In this document: positions 14,395-32,625 of the stretch, piece after piece | Layout: each line of letters starts with the position of its first letter | How positions within the stretch are numbered: position 1 is the first letter of the stretch | Program-made: the position numbers and the translations under genes | NCBI GenBank assembly: GCA_951406725.2 | Contig: OX597827.1 | Location: 9,052,001-9,116,000, forward strand | Origin: Octopus vulgaris | Lineage: Eukaryota | Direction of reading: 5' to 3' | Length of the DNA stretch: 64,000 nucleotides | Notes under the pieces: generated by a model | Told to the model about the DNA's origin: nothing | Seen by the model: only the letters and a program-made list of their open reading frames with translations | The model's database searches: none

Positions 14395-14945
14395 AGTGGA
14401 GGTGAGCATTTCAAAAGCATAATAAGAACTGCCTGGAAACATTCACTTCTGCTGACAACAAAGGGTTTCTTTGTCAGAGGGAAGAGCAGATTATATACTG
14501 TTTGTCTATAAAGCATGATGCTAAATTTATTAAGAAAAGAAGGGATTGAAATGTAGAAAATTTGCAAAGGTTGGTTGGAAAAAATTTGAGGAACACGATT
14601 TATTGGATGTGTATTGTTGGTGTGCATGTATGATGAAGCACAGTTGAGCTGACGGAGAGACTGGATGCAAAAGGAATCAGACTTACTGAGCAAGAAAAAG
14701 GTTTGTACAATTAATTATATGATGCATACAGAAGTTGTCAGTTGTATAAAGAAGTGCTGAGTGTTCCAAATGGACATCACCGACATAAGACAGACACCAA
14801 GGAAGACAGGAAGATATAATGAGAACTGGCTCTCAAGAGTCTGGCTCTCTTGAAGGACAAAAGACCATGACAAGTGGTGCAACATCATGCCAGAGATCTG
14901 CAGAACTATTGTAAGCATGGGAAAACGGATGTAAAATTTCTGATG
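14395..14945 (+). mobile_element. Degenerate RTE-type LINE 3' region (pseudogenised)
   Basis: Broken frame LLLTTKGFFVRGKSRLYTVCL*..YWMCIVGVH..TPRKT resembles the post-RT C-terminus of RTE elements (GRPRKTW-like). Ends in agcatgggaaaacggatgtaaa, similar to the family D SINE tail. Confidence 0.65.
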
Positions 14946-15035
14946 AAAGTGTTGATAGAAGTTGAGATGTTATATCTACTATCAGTATTTTGACCCCAAC
15001 TGCCCATTATGTTTCCCAGCAACCAAATATTTTTG

Positions 15036-15163
15036 TTAACGTCTGTTTTCCATGCTGGCATGGGTTGGACAGTTCATCTGGGGTCTGGGAGCTAGGAGGC
15101 TGCACCAGGCTCCAGTCTGATCTGGCAGTGTTTCTACAGCTGGATGCCCTTCCTAATGCCAAC
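15036..15163 (-). mobile_element. SINE family D 3' fragment (RTE-like tail)
   Basis: Reverse complement of ttaggaagggcatccagctgtagaaac...catggaaaacagacgttaa. Confidence 0.8.
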
Positions 15164-15695
15164 CATGTGTATGTATGTGTATATTATTACTGTTTTCAAT
15201 CTTTATTTAGTTCCCATCCATCAATCTCACACCCTCTCACTCTCTCTTCTTCATTTCCATACCCTCTTCATTGCTATCCATCACTCTCTCTCTCTTTCCC
15301 CCCACTCTCTCTCTGTCTCTGTTTCACTACTCACTCGTCCATCACTTTACCCTAAACTCTTTCCCCATTGCCATGCTCCTTAGGGAATTCTGAATTCAAA
15401 AATGCTCTTGTTGATGCTAAAATGTTGTACTTAAATCTCCTTCGCTCTTCCTGTCTAGGTATTCAGTATCTTTAACAATAGCCATCATGCATGTATGTGT
15501 GCACGTGTGTGTATGTGTATGTGTGCACGTGTATGTGTGTGTATGTGTGTGTGTGTGTATGTGTGTGTGTGTATTGCCAGAGACTATAGCAGAAGCCACT
15601 TGTTTGAGATAGCACAGAGTGAGACTGAACTCCAAACCATGTGGTTCGCGGTCATGTCTGCACCTTTATATATACACATATATACACATGGCTGA

Positions 15696-15855
15696 TGTTA
15701 GGAAGGGCATCCAGCTGTAGAAACACTGCCAGATCAGACTGGAGCCTGGTGCAGCCTCCTAGCTCCCAGACCCCAGATGAACCGTCCAACCCATGCCAGC
15801 ATGGAAAACAGACGTTAAACGATGATGATGATGATGATGATAACGATGATGATGA
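15696..15855 (+). mobile_element. SINE family D 3' fragment with (GAT)n tail
   Basis: Near-identical inverted partner of 15036-15163. Confidence 0.8.
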
Positions 15856-16814
15856 GGATAACTCATGCCAGCATAGAGAGCAAACATTAAGTGATGATGG
15901 TATTTTGGTGTATATAATATTCTCCTCCGTGTATTGAACAAGGATATGGTGTTTAAACATCAAAAACTTGTACTTAGCAAAAAAAGTCCCTTGAAATATT
16001 TATTCTGCAATTACAGATACTTTTGCAATCAGAAACTCCGTGAACTTGTGGTTAGCCCATTGGAAGCCTATAACCACCGACATAATCATTCACCTGAAGC
16101 AATATTACCCATATCATTAAAATAACAATCATTCAATTCTGCATTTGGTTCCACAGAATGGTATCTTAGCAAAGCTTCTCCTCTCATAGCCAAGGGTTGA
16201 ACAGTGCCTTGTGAATGGAATTTAATTGCTGCTGTAGGTTACACCTAATTAAGCAGACTTGTACTAAAAGCTGTTCCAACTGTGGCCAGCATGACCTTTT
16301 TGATATTCGGAACAATATCTTCCATTACATTTATTTAAGATTAACAGAGTAATTTGAAAGTGATTTGGTTGCTATTTCTAGCATATAAAGGGAACTATGT
16401 AAAGATTCTTTCTGATAGTATAGCTGCTTCTACTGTTGTTAGCATTCCATCAGTTATGACAACTAGAGTTCCAGTTGCTTCGCTCAATGGAACAACCTGT
16501 TCATGAAATTAACATGCAAGTGGCAGAGCACTCCACAGACACATGTGCCCTTAATGTAGTACTCAGCCTGATACAGAAAGTGACAAGGCCGGCCCTTTGA
16601 ATTATGGGTACAATTCATTTTTGCCAGCTGAGTGAACTGGAGCAACATGAAATAAAGCGTCTTGCTCAAGGACATAATGCATTGCTGGGAATTGAAATCA
16701 TGACCTTACAATCGTGAGCCAGTTACTCTAACCACTAAGCCATGCTCCTTAACTACTGCTGATATTGTGTTACTGCTTTTGTTTAGTCCCTGGTGAAGCC
16801 TGACTGAATAGACC

Positions 16815-17048
16815 TATTTCTTTACTGCCCACAAGGGGCCAAACACAGGGAGGACAAACAAGGACAGACAAACGGATTAAGTCGACTATATTGACCCCAG
16901 TGCATAACTGGTACTTATTTAATCGACCCCGAAAAGATGAAAGGCAAAGTCGACCTCAGCGGAATTTGAACTCAGAACGAAATGGCAGACGAAATACGGC
17001 TACGCATTTCGCCCGGCGTGCTAACGTTTCTGCCAGCTTGCCGCCTTA
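16815..17048 (-). mobile_element. SINE family B
   Basis: Full-length; direct repeat cctgactgaatagacctat on both sides. Confidence 0.85.
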
Positions 17049-17333
17049 AGAAAAGACAATGGTGGACCTGACTGAATAGACCTATGTTGATGAAAGATAT
17101 TGCAGATGTGCTCATCTTATCATACATCTTCACGAGCTAAGGCTCAACACCTAACCTGTCCTTCCTCTTTTTGAGACTGTGGAATGATGTTTGAGAAAGG
17201 ATTTGTTCCTGTTTCAAAAATGTTGTACAGTTGCAAGGAAAGTGGAAATTGGTGGACAGATACAATGTGAAAACCTATTTCATCATTGTTTCTCTGTTGA
17301 ATTTCCTGTTAATCATAAGTCTTTTTATTTTAA

Positions 17334-17630
17334 TGGCACGTAAAAAGCACCATCCGATCATGGCCGTTTGCCAGCCTCGCCTGGCCTCTGTGCCGGTGGC
17401 ACATAAAAAGCACCATCCATCCGATCATGGCTGTTTGCCAGCCTCGTCTGGCACCTGTGCAGGTGGCACATGAAAAGCACCCACTACACTCTCAGAGTGG
17501 TTGGCGTTAGGAAGGGCATCCAGGCATAGAAACACTGCCAGATCAGACTGGAGCCTGGCGCAGCCTTCTGGCTTCCCAGACCCCGGTCGAACCGTCCAAC
17601 CCATGCTAGCATGGAAAACAGACGTTAAAC

Positions 17631-17658
<28 letters not shown>
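17334..17658 (+). mobile_element. SINE family D with internal tandem units
   Basis: Repeated tggcac(g/a)taaaaagcacc units, then ccaacccatgctagcatggaaa..(GAT)n. Confidence 0.8.
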
Positions 17659-17661
<3 letters not shown>

Positions 17662-17830
17662 TTCTTTCTCTGAACTGCTATACTATGGAACTCCCTACCA
17701 TTATCTACTTTTTCTCTGGACTACAATATTCAATTCTTTAAGCTTTCTGTTGGTAAACATCTTGTGAATTTGTAGGCCTGTTCTTTTCCTTTTTAGTAGT
17801 CCAGAGTAATCTTGTTTGGTATGAAAAAAA

Positions 17831-18240
17831 CTCTCTTTACTCTCTTTACTCTTTTACTCTTTTACTTGTTTCAGTCATTTGACTGTGGCCATGCTGGAGC
17901 ACCGCCTTTAGTCGAGCAAATTGACCCCGGGACTCATTCTTTGTAAGCCCAGTACTTATTCTATCGGTCTCTTTTTGCCGAACCGCTAAGTGACGGGGAC
18001 GTAAACACACCAGCATCGATTGTCAAGCAATGCTAGGGGGACAAACACAGACACACAAACACACAAACACATATACATATATACGACAGGCTTCTTTCAG
18101 TTTCTGTCTACCAAATCCACTCACAAGGCATTGGTTGGCCCAGGCCTATAGTGGAAGACACTTGCCCAAGATGTCACGCAGTGGGACTGAACCCGCAACC
18201 ATGTGGTTGGTTAGCAAGCTACTTACCACACAGCCACTCC
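17831..18240 (-). mobile_element. SINE family A
   Basis: Full-length match. Confidence 0.85.
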
Positions 18241-18858
18241 GGCTGTTTTAAAAATTTATAATTCTCATCATAATTTTATATCTGCTTAAACATGCTGCAG
18301 GAATTAGTCAGTTTGTTACCGTCCAAGTCAGATTTTACTTGAAATTACTACTCTTAGACAAGTTAGCAACTCTGCTGTACTTTCATGTTATTTTTATCAC
18401 ATATGTTTCTATAGTTAGGGGCTTCCAACTACCAACCATTTTCCACAATACACTGGGTGCACTTTTTGGCATCAGTACCAGAGGGGTCGTGTTAAACCAG
18501 GCAAGAATAAAGACTTCTTTCTACAATATGTTGTCTTCCTTCTCTCATTTATTGGTGTCTGAGAGGTTGTCACAAAACGCATTATTTCATTCATTTGGTT
18601 TTTTTTTCACACGCTACTGGATAGAAAGAAAGCCAGAGAAAGAAGGGGGTAGAAGAAAGACAAATGGAAGGTAAGTAAAGCAGTAGGGGACGAGAGAGAG
18701 AGAGGGGGGATGAGGGAGATAAACAGTTGTATGATGGTTGTTGATAAGGAAATTGAGTAGAATCAATATGAAGCAGTTGACAGAGAAGTGAAAAATAGAA
18801 ATGAGAGGGTGGCAGTGATATAGTTACATAATGGTCGTTGTTAAATATATATATATAT

Positions 18859-18893
<35 letters not shown>

Positions 18894-19217
18894 GATGTGT
18901 GTGTGTGCATGACAGACTTCTACAGTGTTATGTAGAAAACTTTGACTTACATTTGTCAATCCGAGGATTTGCATGCAATGGGCTTGAACCTATAAATCCT
19001 TCCATACACAAGCTTGTCAGAAATTACTATTTTTCCCTGTGTTATTTGTGCTTGCATCCATACTTAATTTCAACAAAAAAAAATGCATATAAATGTTTCC
19101 ATTGTAGGTAAGAAATAAAATGTAATCCGTAATATTAATAGGTCTTCAAATTAAAAGATTTCATTTTTTTTTTTAAAAGGTCAAAAAAAAAAAAAAGAAA
19201 TTAACTAACTAACTCAC

Positions 19218-21539
19218 CTGATGTGTCCCCTTCTTCAGCGTTTGGCTATGAATTTCTATGATTGATTGTGTCCTGCTTTGACTTGACTCCTGCTTGGAGG
19301 ACATTTGTTTAGCACATAAATATTCAGTTTGTCTGTTTTCATCCATAAGATTGTTTGATGGTTCTAAAACTGTCCGATGAATGGCATTTCGTTGGTTGCT
19401 TCTCCTAACAATGCACACCGTTATTGAAATAACCAACAAAACAGATACTGTCACTGCTGCCACTATGATTATGATAAAGAGGTTGATATGTATTTTGGCA
19501 TCTGATTGCAAATGCACTGCTGTCAACAGCTTGGATGTGGTATTACTAACAGATAATGTCAAGGATAAGGTGGTTGTTGCTGATAAAACAGGTGTACCAC
19601 TATCTTTGACCGATAGCTCAAGATTATACGTTCCTGCATCATTTTGGTAGACTGTTCGTGAGAAGGACAAAACACCAGTGTATGGATTAACTTTAAATAA
19701 CATTCTACCATTACCTCCAAATATTTCATATCTCAGAAAAGCATTCTGACGACTGTCTCTGTCAGAAGCTCTCAGAACTGTAATGTCATTTTTGCTTTGA
19801 GGTTGGTAGTAAACATCAAGGCTGAAAGGGTCTACACTGGGAAAAATAAAGTAAGGGGCATTGTCATTTTCATCCATAACTTCAACTATAACCTTTGCTG
19901 TGTTGTTTAATGAAGGAGTTCCATTGTCTCTTACTAAAACTTTAAATTCATACACCTCCTGCTGTTCATGGTCTAATGGCTGAGTAGTTGAGATAAATCC
20001 AAAATTTGAGATTTGAAATGGGAGAATGCGTTTATTAGTTCCTAATAATGAGTAAGACAGTTGACCTCCAGAACCCAAATCTGGGTCAGTGGCATTGATG
20101 AATCCCACGGGGAAATCAGTTTTTTCATTTTCATAGGTAAGAAACTTAAAGGTATCTTTAGTAAAGTGAGGTTGTACATCATTTGCATCCATAACTTTAA
20201 TAAAAAATCTTTTTTCTGTCTTTAAAGGCGGAGATCCGTGATCTTCACAAGTAATTACGAAATCTAGTTTGTTTTTAGTTTCTCTATCAACAGTAGCTTT
20301 TACTATTACCTTATATCTTTTTTCACCAAGGCCCTTTAATTGTAGGTTTTCATGAAATAATTTACAAGTTACTTTGCCATTGTTCCCTATGTCATTGTCA
20401 GTAACTTTGACATAAGCAATAAAACTGCCAACTTCAGTTTCCTCAGATATGATGGCTGTATTTCCAGTTAACTCTGAAAAGTTAACATCTATTGTAGGAG
20501 CATTATTTTGTTTGTCCATAACATTTACCAATACAGTTGCTATTGAACTGAGAGGGGGGATTCCTCCGTCTCTAGCTTCAATAAACAACTTGTAAGTTTT
20601 CTTCACTTGTTTGAATTTTTCATCTAAAAATATCTCACCAGTATTTTCATTCAATTTGAAATAAGATTTGGCAGTATCGGATGTTTTTGAACTGAAGTGA
20701 AAGGAAATTTTACCATTTCTATTGGCATCTAAATCATTTGCAGACAATATTACAATTGGTGTCCTTTTTAGAGTTCTATTATTAATAGTAACATAATATA
20801 TACTCTGGGCAAAAACCGGTTGGTTATCATTGATGTCGCTGACTGTTATTTGAACATTCAAAACACCTTCTTTTGGTGGAGAACCACCATCTTTGGCAAT
20901 AACTTGTAACATGTAAGTGTCTTTTTTCTCTCTGTCTAATTTATTTTCTAAAGTAATTCCAAGAGAGTATGATCCGTCGGCTCTTTTAGAAACAGCTAGC
21001 TTAAATGGGTTATGCTCACTATTTTTCAACTCATAGGTGATCTGAGAATTTAATATACCAACATCGCTATCAATAGCATTGGGTATTGATTTAGTCATTC
21101 CTTTCCCATCCCCTTCATCAAACTGAACATTGATTTGTTTGACAGGAAACTGAGGCTGATGGTCATTGACGTCTTCTATTATTACTTTGATTTCTAATAT
21201 CTTAATAAAAGATTTTCTTTTTCGTACTGCAATATCTACCATTTTAAAACACTCAGTATTGTATTTACAAAGAGACTCAGCATCCAGCGGTTGAGAAGTG
21301 TACAATTTTCCTCTTTCAGAGACATTGAATAACTGAGAACTGCCTGTAATATCTTTTTGTAGTTGGCTGAATCGTATCGAACTGGGGTCATTGAAAGATA
21401 CAGTTTCCATCAAATGTGTGTTAACGCCAATATCCCCAAGATAAGTACCAGGTTGGCTACCTTCTTTAACATGGTATGTAAAATCTACACACAGGCATGT
21501 ATGTAGATAAAACAATACCAAACAAGCAGTAATCCGCAT
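19218..21539 (-). CDS. Protocadherin (cephalopod expanded/clustered type), large coding exon: signal peptide + EC1-EC6 + TM + start of cytoplasmic domain; continues in downstream exon(s) not identified here
   Basis: 776-aa ORF with hydrophobic signal peptide (MRITACLVLFYLHTCLC). Cadherin linker motifs DVNDHQP, DINDNQP, DANDVQP, DENDNAP; LDRE/VDRE/LDHE and AxDxD/DGG motifs; EC1 C-X5-C (CKYNTEC); TM helix (LFIIIIVAAVTVSVLLVISITVCIV). Canonical donor CAG|GTGAGT at 19218/19217 (774 codons, phase 0); acceptor TTTTCTTTTTCAG at 21603. Confidence 0.96.
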
Positions 21540-21602
21540 ATCTCCATAAACGTGAGAGCAAAAATATTGAAAGATGTTTCAGTGTTGAAAGGTTAATAAG
21601 CT
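21540..21602 (-). other. 5' UTR portion of the protocadherin coding exon, downstream of a strong splice acceptor
   Basis: Minus strand reads ...ttttctttttctttttcag|AG at 21603/21602, 63 nt upstream of the ATG, which implies an upstream non-coding exon. Confidence 0.75.
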
Positions 21603-21824
21603 CTGAAAAAGAAAAAGAAAATTCATACAATTACACATACAGAAAATAATTCAGAAGCTGATATATATGTAATACATTTGAGAAAATATCTTTACTGTAG
21701 ATGACTTATATGGTAATGAAAAATGCTCTTTCACGATAAGAAGGGAAGAAATGTACTAACATTATCAAAAAGAATTTTAATTAAACAACACTAAATTTAT
21801 AGGTTTTAGCTGCCTTAATATAAT

Positions 21825-21863
<39 letters not shown>

Positions 21864-22979
21864 TACATCACACAATAGCAATAGTGAGCTGAAATTTGAT
21901 GAAAAAAAAAAATAAATAAAATACATGCATACACACATAACATTCATAAGATCTAAGCAAGTGAAATCATGCAAAGAGGAAAAGAAAAAAAAAAACCTAT
22001 AAAAAGACGACCAGCGAAGAGACTTGTTAATAGAAATTGGATTGGTGTATATTTTTTTCATCTTTCTAACATTTTTTTCAAGATAGCCACAAAAGGTTGC
22101 AAGAGAAACACTAAAATATTAATCTCGTCTTTGAAAAATGTCAAATAAATAACTTTTTCCAAGTTCACTGGCTTAACAGTAAAAGAAGTGGCACCATGAA
22201 GCCTCTAAGGACATAATGAATTATAGATACAACTAGATTCATGACATGAACACAAGATAATGTCAGAAAGTGTCCTTTCTCTCTTTCTCTCTCTCTCTCT
22301 TTCTATCTCCCTCTTCTTCTTCTCTCTTGCTCTTTCAGTGTCTCTTTCTTCACCTTTACTCCAAGTCTCTTTTCTTCTACACTTGCTTACATTATATCAC
22401 CACCCCAACACTTAGACCTACCTAATTCAGACTTCTCTTCTTCCTTCTAACAGCTCTGTTGAGTCTCATTTTTCATACCCAATAGTAAATATTTTGCCTT
22501 TACTTTCCTTCCCAGAAATATTAACCTCCAGCAATTCTAGGTGAACATTATCTGTAAGAACTACACTAGGTTATCACTACTGCCCCCCCTGTCTCCCACC
22601 ACACACACACACGCACACACACACGCACACACTCTCGCCTCCTCACTGCCCAATCACCCACAAACTCTTCAAGAGCTAAAAAGGTGATGGTCACCCACAC
22701 TACTCTCCAGATGCCAAATTTATTATCTTTACTCAAAATAAAGAAAGTCTTGGCACCTGAACATTTATCTTCTGGCTTTTAAATGATAAAATGTAAAAAT
22801 CACTCAAAAGCCATCTTTAATCTTCTGAAATATCGATTTCTGACATAAGCACAAATTTGGGCGCCGGATAGCATCAATTAGATTGACCCCCCCAGTGTTT
22901 GACTGGTATTTATTTTATTGTCCCTGATAGAATGAAGTGTAAAAACTAACCTCGGCAAGACTTGAACCCAGAATATAAA

Positions 22980-23385
22980 GGCGCAGGAGTGGCTGTGTGG
23001 TAAGTAGCTTGTTTACCAACCACATGGTTCTGGGTTCAGTCCCACTGCGTGGCACCTTGGGCAAGTGTCTTCTACTATAGCTTCGGGCCGACCAAAACCT
23101 TGTGAGTGGATTTGGTAGATGGAAACTGAAAGAAGCCCGTCGTATATATGTATATATATATGTGTGTGTGTGTTTGTGTGTCTGTGTTTGTCCCCCTAGC
23201 ATTGCTTGACAACCGATGTTGGTGTGTCTATGTCCCCGTAACTTAGCGGTTCGGCGAAAGAGACCGATAGAATAAGTACTGGGCTTACAAAAAAGAATAA
23301 GTTCCGGGGTCGAGTTGCTCAATTAAAGGCGGTGCTCCAGCATGGCCACAGTCAAATGACTGAAACAAGTAAAAGAGAAAGAGAG
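22980..23385 (+). mobile_element. SINE family A
   Basis: ggcgcaggagtggctgtgtgg head through the gaaacaagtaaaagag tail. Confidence 0.85.
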
Positions 23386-23804
23386 ATATATGCAACTATA
23401 TACAGCATTTTGCCTGCCATTCTAATGATTCACTCAATCCACCAACCTGAAACATTAAAAATCTTCTATAAATAAATAAATATCTCACATATCTTAATTT
23501 TTATATTTCTGAACTCTTTGAAACTAATATTTGTTTTCTATCGACTTTTTTTTCCCTTTTTTCATAAGAATAATTTACCAAAAGGGCTTCTAAAATGGAA
23601 CAGAAGGTTTATACGCATTTAAAGTGCACAAACAATGCACAAATGCAACAAACAATTAAATATAGAAGCAAATATGCATTGTAATTGCATATGAATGTTT
23701 TTAAATGTCATTAATCATATTCAAATTTAGAATACAACAATAATTCCCTGATAATAATAGAAGACTGAAGGAAAATATTAACTACAAAAGAAAATTAAGA
23801 ACAA

Positions 23805-24130
23805 TGATGGTGGTGGTGGTGGTGATGGTAGTGGTGGTGGTGGTGGTGGTGGTGGTGGTGGTGGTGGTGGTGGTGGTGGTGGTGGTGGTTGGTGGTGGTG
23901 GTGGTGGTGGTTGGTGGCGGTGGTGGTGGTTGGTGGTGGTGGTGATGATGATGATGATGGTGGGTGGTGGTGGTGGTGGTGGTGGTGGTGGTGGTGGTGG
24001 TGGTGGTGGCGGTGGTAGTGGTGGTGGTGCTAGGTGGTGGTGATGGTGGTGACGGTGGTGATGGTGGTGGTGGTGGTGGTGGTGGTGACGGTGGTGGTGG
24101 TGGTGGTGGTGGTGGTGGTGGTGGTTGGTG
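23805..24130. repeat. (GGT)n microsatellite
   Basis: Seen directly. Confidence 0.95.
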
Positions 24131-24244
24131 AAGCAGATTTACTCAAGATACAATGAATTTACAATTGTGAAGTTGGAAATAAACAATACACAAGATTCAA
24201 ACAAACAATAGACACAAAATAGATTTCATTATGATCAGGCAAAC

Positions 24245-24303
<59 letters not shown>

Positions 24304-24639
24304 TAATAATAAAAGTAATAATAAAAAAAAAGAAGCACATTATGAGAAACTCAAAACCAAAACCAAAGAGATAAAATAATAGTAAATGATCAATAAAACA
24401 TAATAATGATAATAATAATAATAATAAGGATAATAATGATAATAATGATGATAATGATGATAATGATGATAATGATAATGATGATAATAATTGCATATGT
24501 GATGTGGGTACAAAAAAATAGTCACATTTAAAAAATAATGATAAACAGAGATATATGAAGAGAAAAATTTGCAACAAAAGATATAATTATAGTGCACATA
24601 GACAACAAATAAAGAATAACAGAAGCAAAATAAAATATG

Positions 24640-30480
<5,841 letters not shown>

Positions 30481-31046
30481 TAGTTATATATACAGCAAAA
30501 TCTTTAAGTTTTTTAAAAGTATTTGGCTTTCAGCAGATTTTATTAATACATACATACATACATACTATAATTATATACAAGAATTACTTTATGTACACAA
30601 ATGCTGGACTGTTATCATGTTTTTATTAGTAAAACTAAAAAGAAATTAAAACTTGTTTTAACCACTATTTACATTCTGGACTTGAAATTTGTTAAATACT
30701 CACACTTCACTTTGAGAGGCTGGTTTTTGCTTTAAATATTTTGTGGTAATTAAACAATATTTATTTTATGAATTACTGTCAAGTTAGCAACTTCTTGGGA
30801 TTTTTTTTTAATGTTTCAACTAACTCTAATTTTTAATAGAACTTGTTATAGTAATCCTGTTCTAACTCATTAAAGTAGAAACCTTATGAAAATATAACCA
30901 ACTTTAGAAGAGTTTTGTTTTTGAATGAAAAGTATATTTAAAATATAATCTTGAAAATATATTTTTAAAAAAAACTTAAGCTTGCGAGTAACATAAAAAG
31001 AGAAAAGCAAACAAAGCAAAAGAAACCAAGAGAATCATTCACTCAC

Positions 31047-31300
31047 TTGTATTATTAAATCCTTTCACTTCACATGAGTCGTTAGAAGAGATGTGTATCC
31101 TGCTGTAGAGTTGTATATTTACTGCTACTGTTATATGCTGGCAGTGCTGTACTGCTTAGTCTGGGTAGTGTGTAAATATCAAAGAGAGGTCTGCAGTTCT
31201 ACAACTGATGTGTGTAGGTAATATCTGCTGCAGCCAATGACAAACTGGCTTGGGGGTCACATGGAAAAAATAAACCCCCACCACCAACTCTGACACAACA
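31047..31300 (-). promoter_or_regulatory. Candidate promoter and non-coding first exon of the 19.2-21.6 kb protocadherin
   Basis: Repeat-free, GC-richer island. Minus-strand donor CAA|GTGAGT at 31047/31046; CCAAT box (cagccaatga, 31231-31240); E-box gtCACATG near 31256-31263. Lies between the upstream gene's last exon and the 21602 acceptor. Confidence 0.5.
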
Positions 31301-31403
31301 CAAGTAAATTCAACTATAGAAGGAGTTATTTAAATTTCAGTAAATTTTTACACAGAAATTTGTCTTAATATACTTAAGCATATAGATTTTTTTAAATATA
31401 CAT

Positions 31404-31442
<39 letters not shown>

Positions 31443-32594
31443 TTTTTCTCTCTCTCTCACTTTCTCTCACATTCTCTCTTCATGTCTCTTTTCTGTTCTT
31501 TTTCGTTTCTTTTTCTTTTCTTTTCTTTTCTCTTCCAAATGATATATATGTTCTTTAAAAAAATATAATTTCGTCCTTGAACACTTATTGATATTTAGAA
31601 ATGAACTCCAAGCAAAAAATAATTGAAGTTGAGTTCCATCCCAAGAGAGATGCTCTACAAGTCATTAAAAAAGTTCTATTCTATGCTTCAAACAGTGATA
31701 TTCGAGGACTTCAAAATTCACTTAATATGAAATTGTCATCTGACTCTATATATGTCCTCTTGGGAATGAAAAATATAGAAAGTTGAGTCATCTTTTTAAT
31801 CAATATTCAACATTGTGAAGAAAATAATATTGATTTTTAGCAAAGTATGGAAGATTGCTTTTAAATTTTTTTTTTATATATATTTTTCTCTTCATTGATT
31901 TTTTTTAATGCAATAAACAGACATTTTTTTTAATCAAAAAATATAAGTTAATCAGCAAATTGAAATGAAAATTAAATGTTGTATGTAATGAATTATGTTC
32001 AATGCAATTATATTAAGTGAGCAGGAAATCTCTGTACTGCAAAGTATATGTATGTTGTATATCGGTTCCTCATGTTACTTTTTCTATATATTTTAAATTT
32101 TACTCTCAAACTCAAAAGTAGCTTCCAGCTCATTCTTCATCACAATAGCTATAATTTAAGTAAACTAGCTGCAAAAATAAATAAAGAAATAAAGAAAAAA
32201 AAATAAAGAAAAGAATAGAAACCTCACTTTCTTTAGGATAAAAATACTCAAATTTTTGAAATTTTCTAGAAACAAATTGCTTTCATATGATACATTTAAT
32301 TGCTGTAATGGTAACAAGAATCTTGAATTTAAAAAAAAAAACTAAAGTATGCTACATAAATGTCCTTGTTCACATTCAGTTTATCAAGCAGTAATTTGCC
32401 AAAAGACCTTTTCCTTTGGCAGAAATCGAAGAAAGATGCCATCAAATTATGAGTTTACACTTGCAGACACTAGAAAAATCTTAATGCAATTAAGATTTTG
32501 CCAAAGCTTCCAAGTGTAAGCTCATTATTTTTATATATTGTTTATTCTTTTTGACTTTCATTTATTTATTTATTTATTTTAGATTTATTCATTA

Positions 32595-32625
<31 letters not shown>

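Noticed and set aside
19381-19650. 89-aa plus-strand ORF
   Set aside because: Antisense shadow of the protocadherin exon.
23804-24043. Poly-V/G ORF
   Set aside because: (GGT)n microsatellite.
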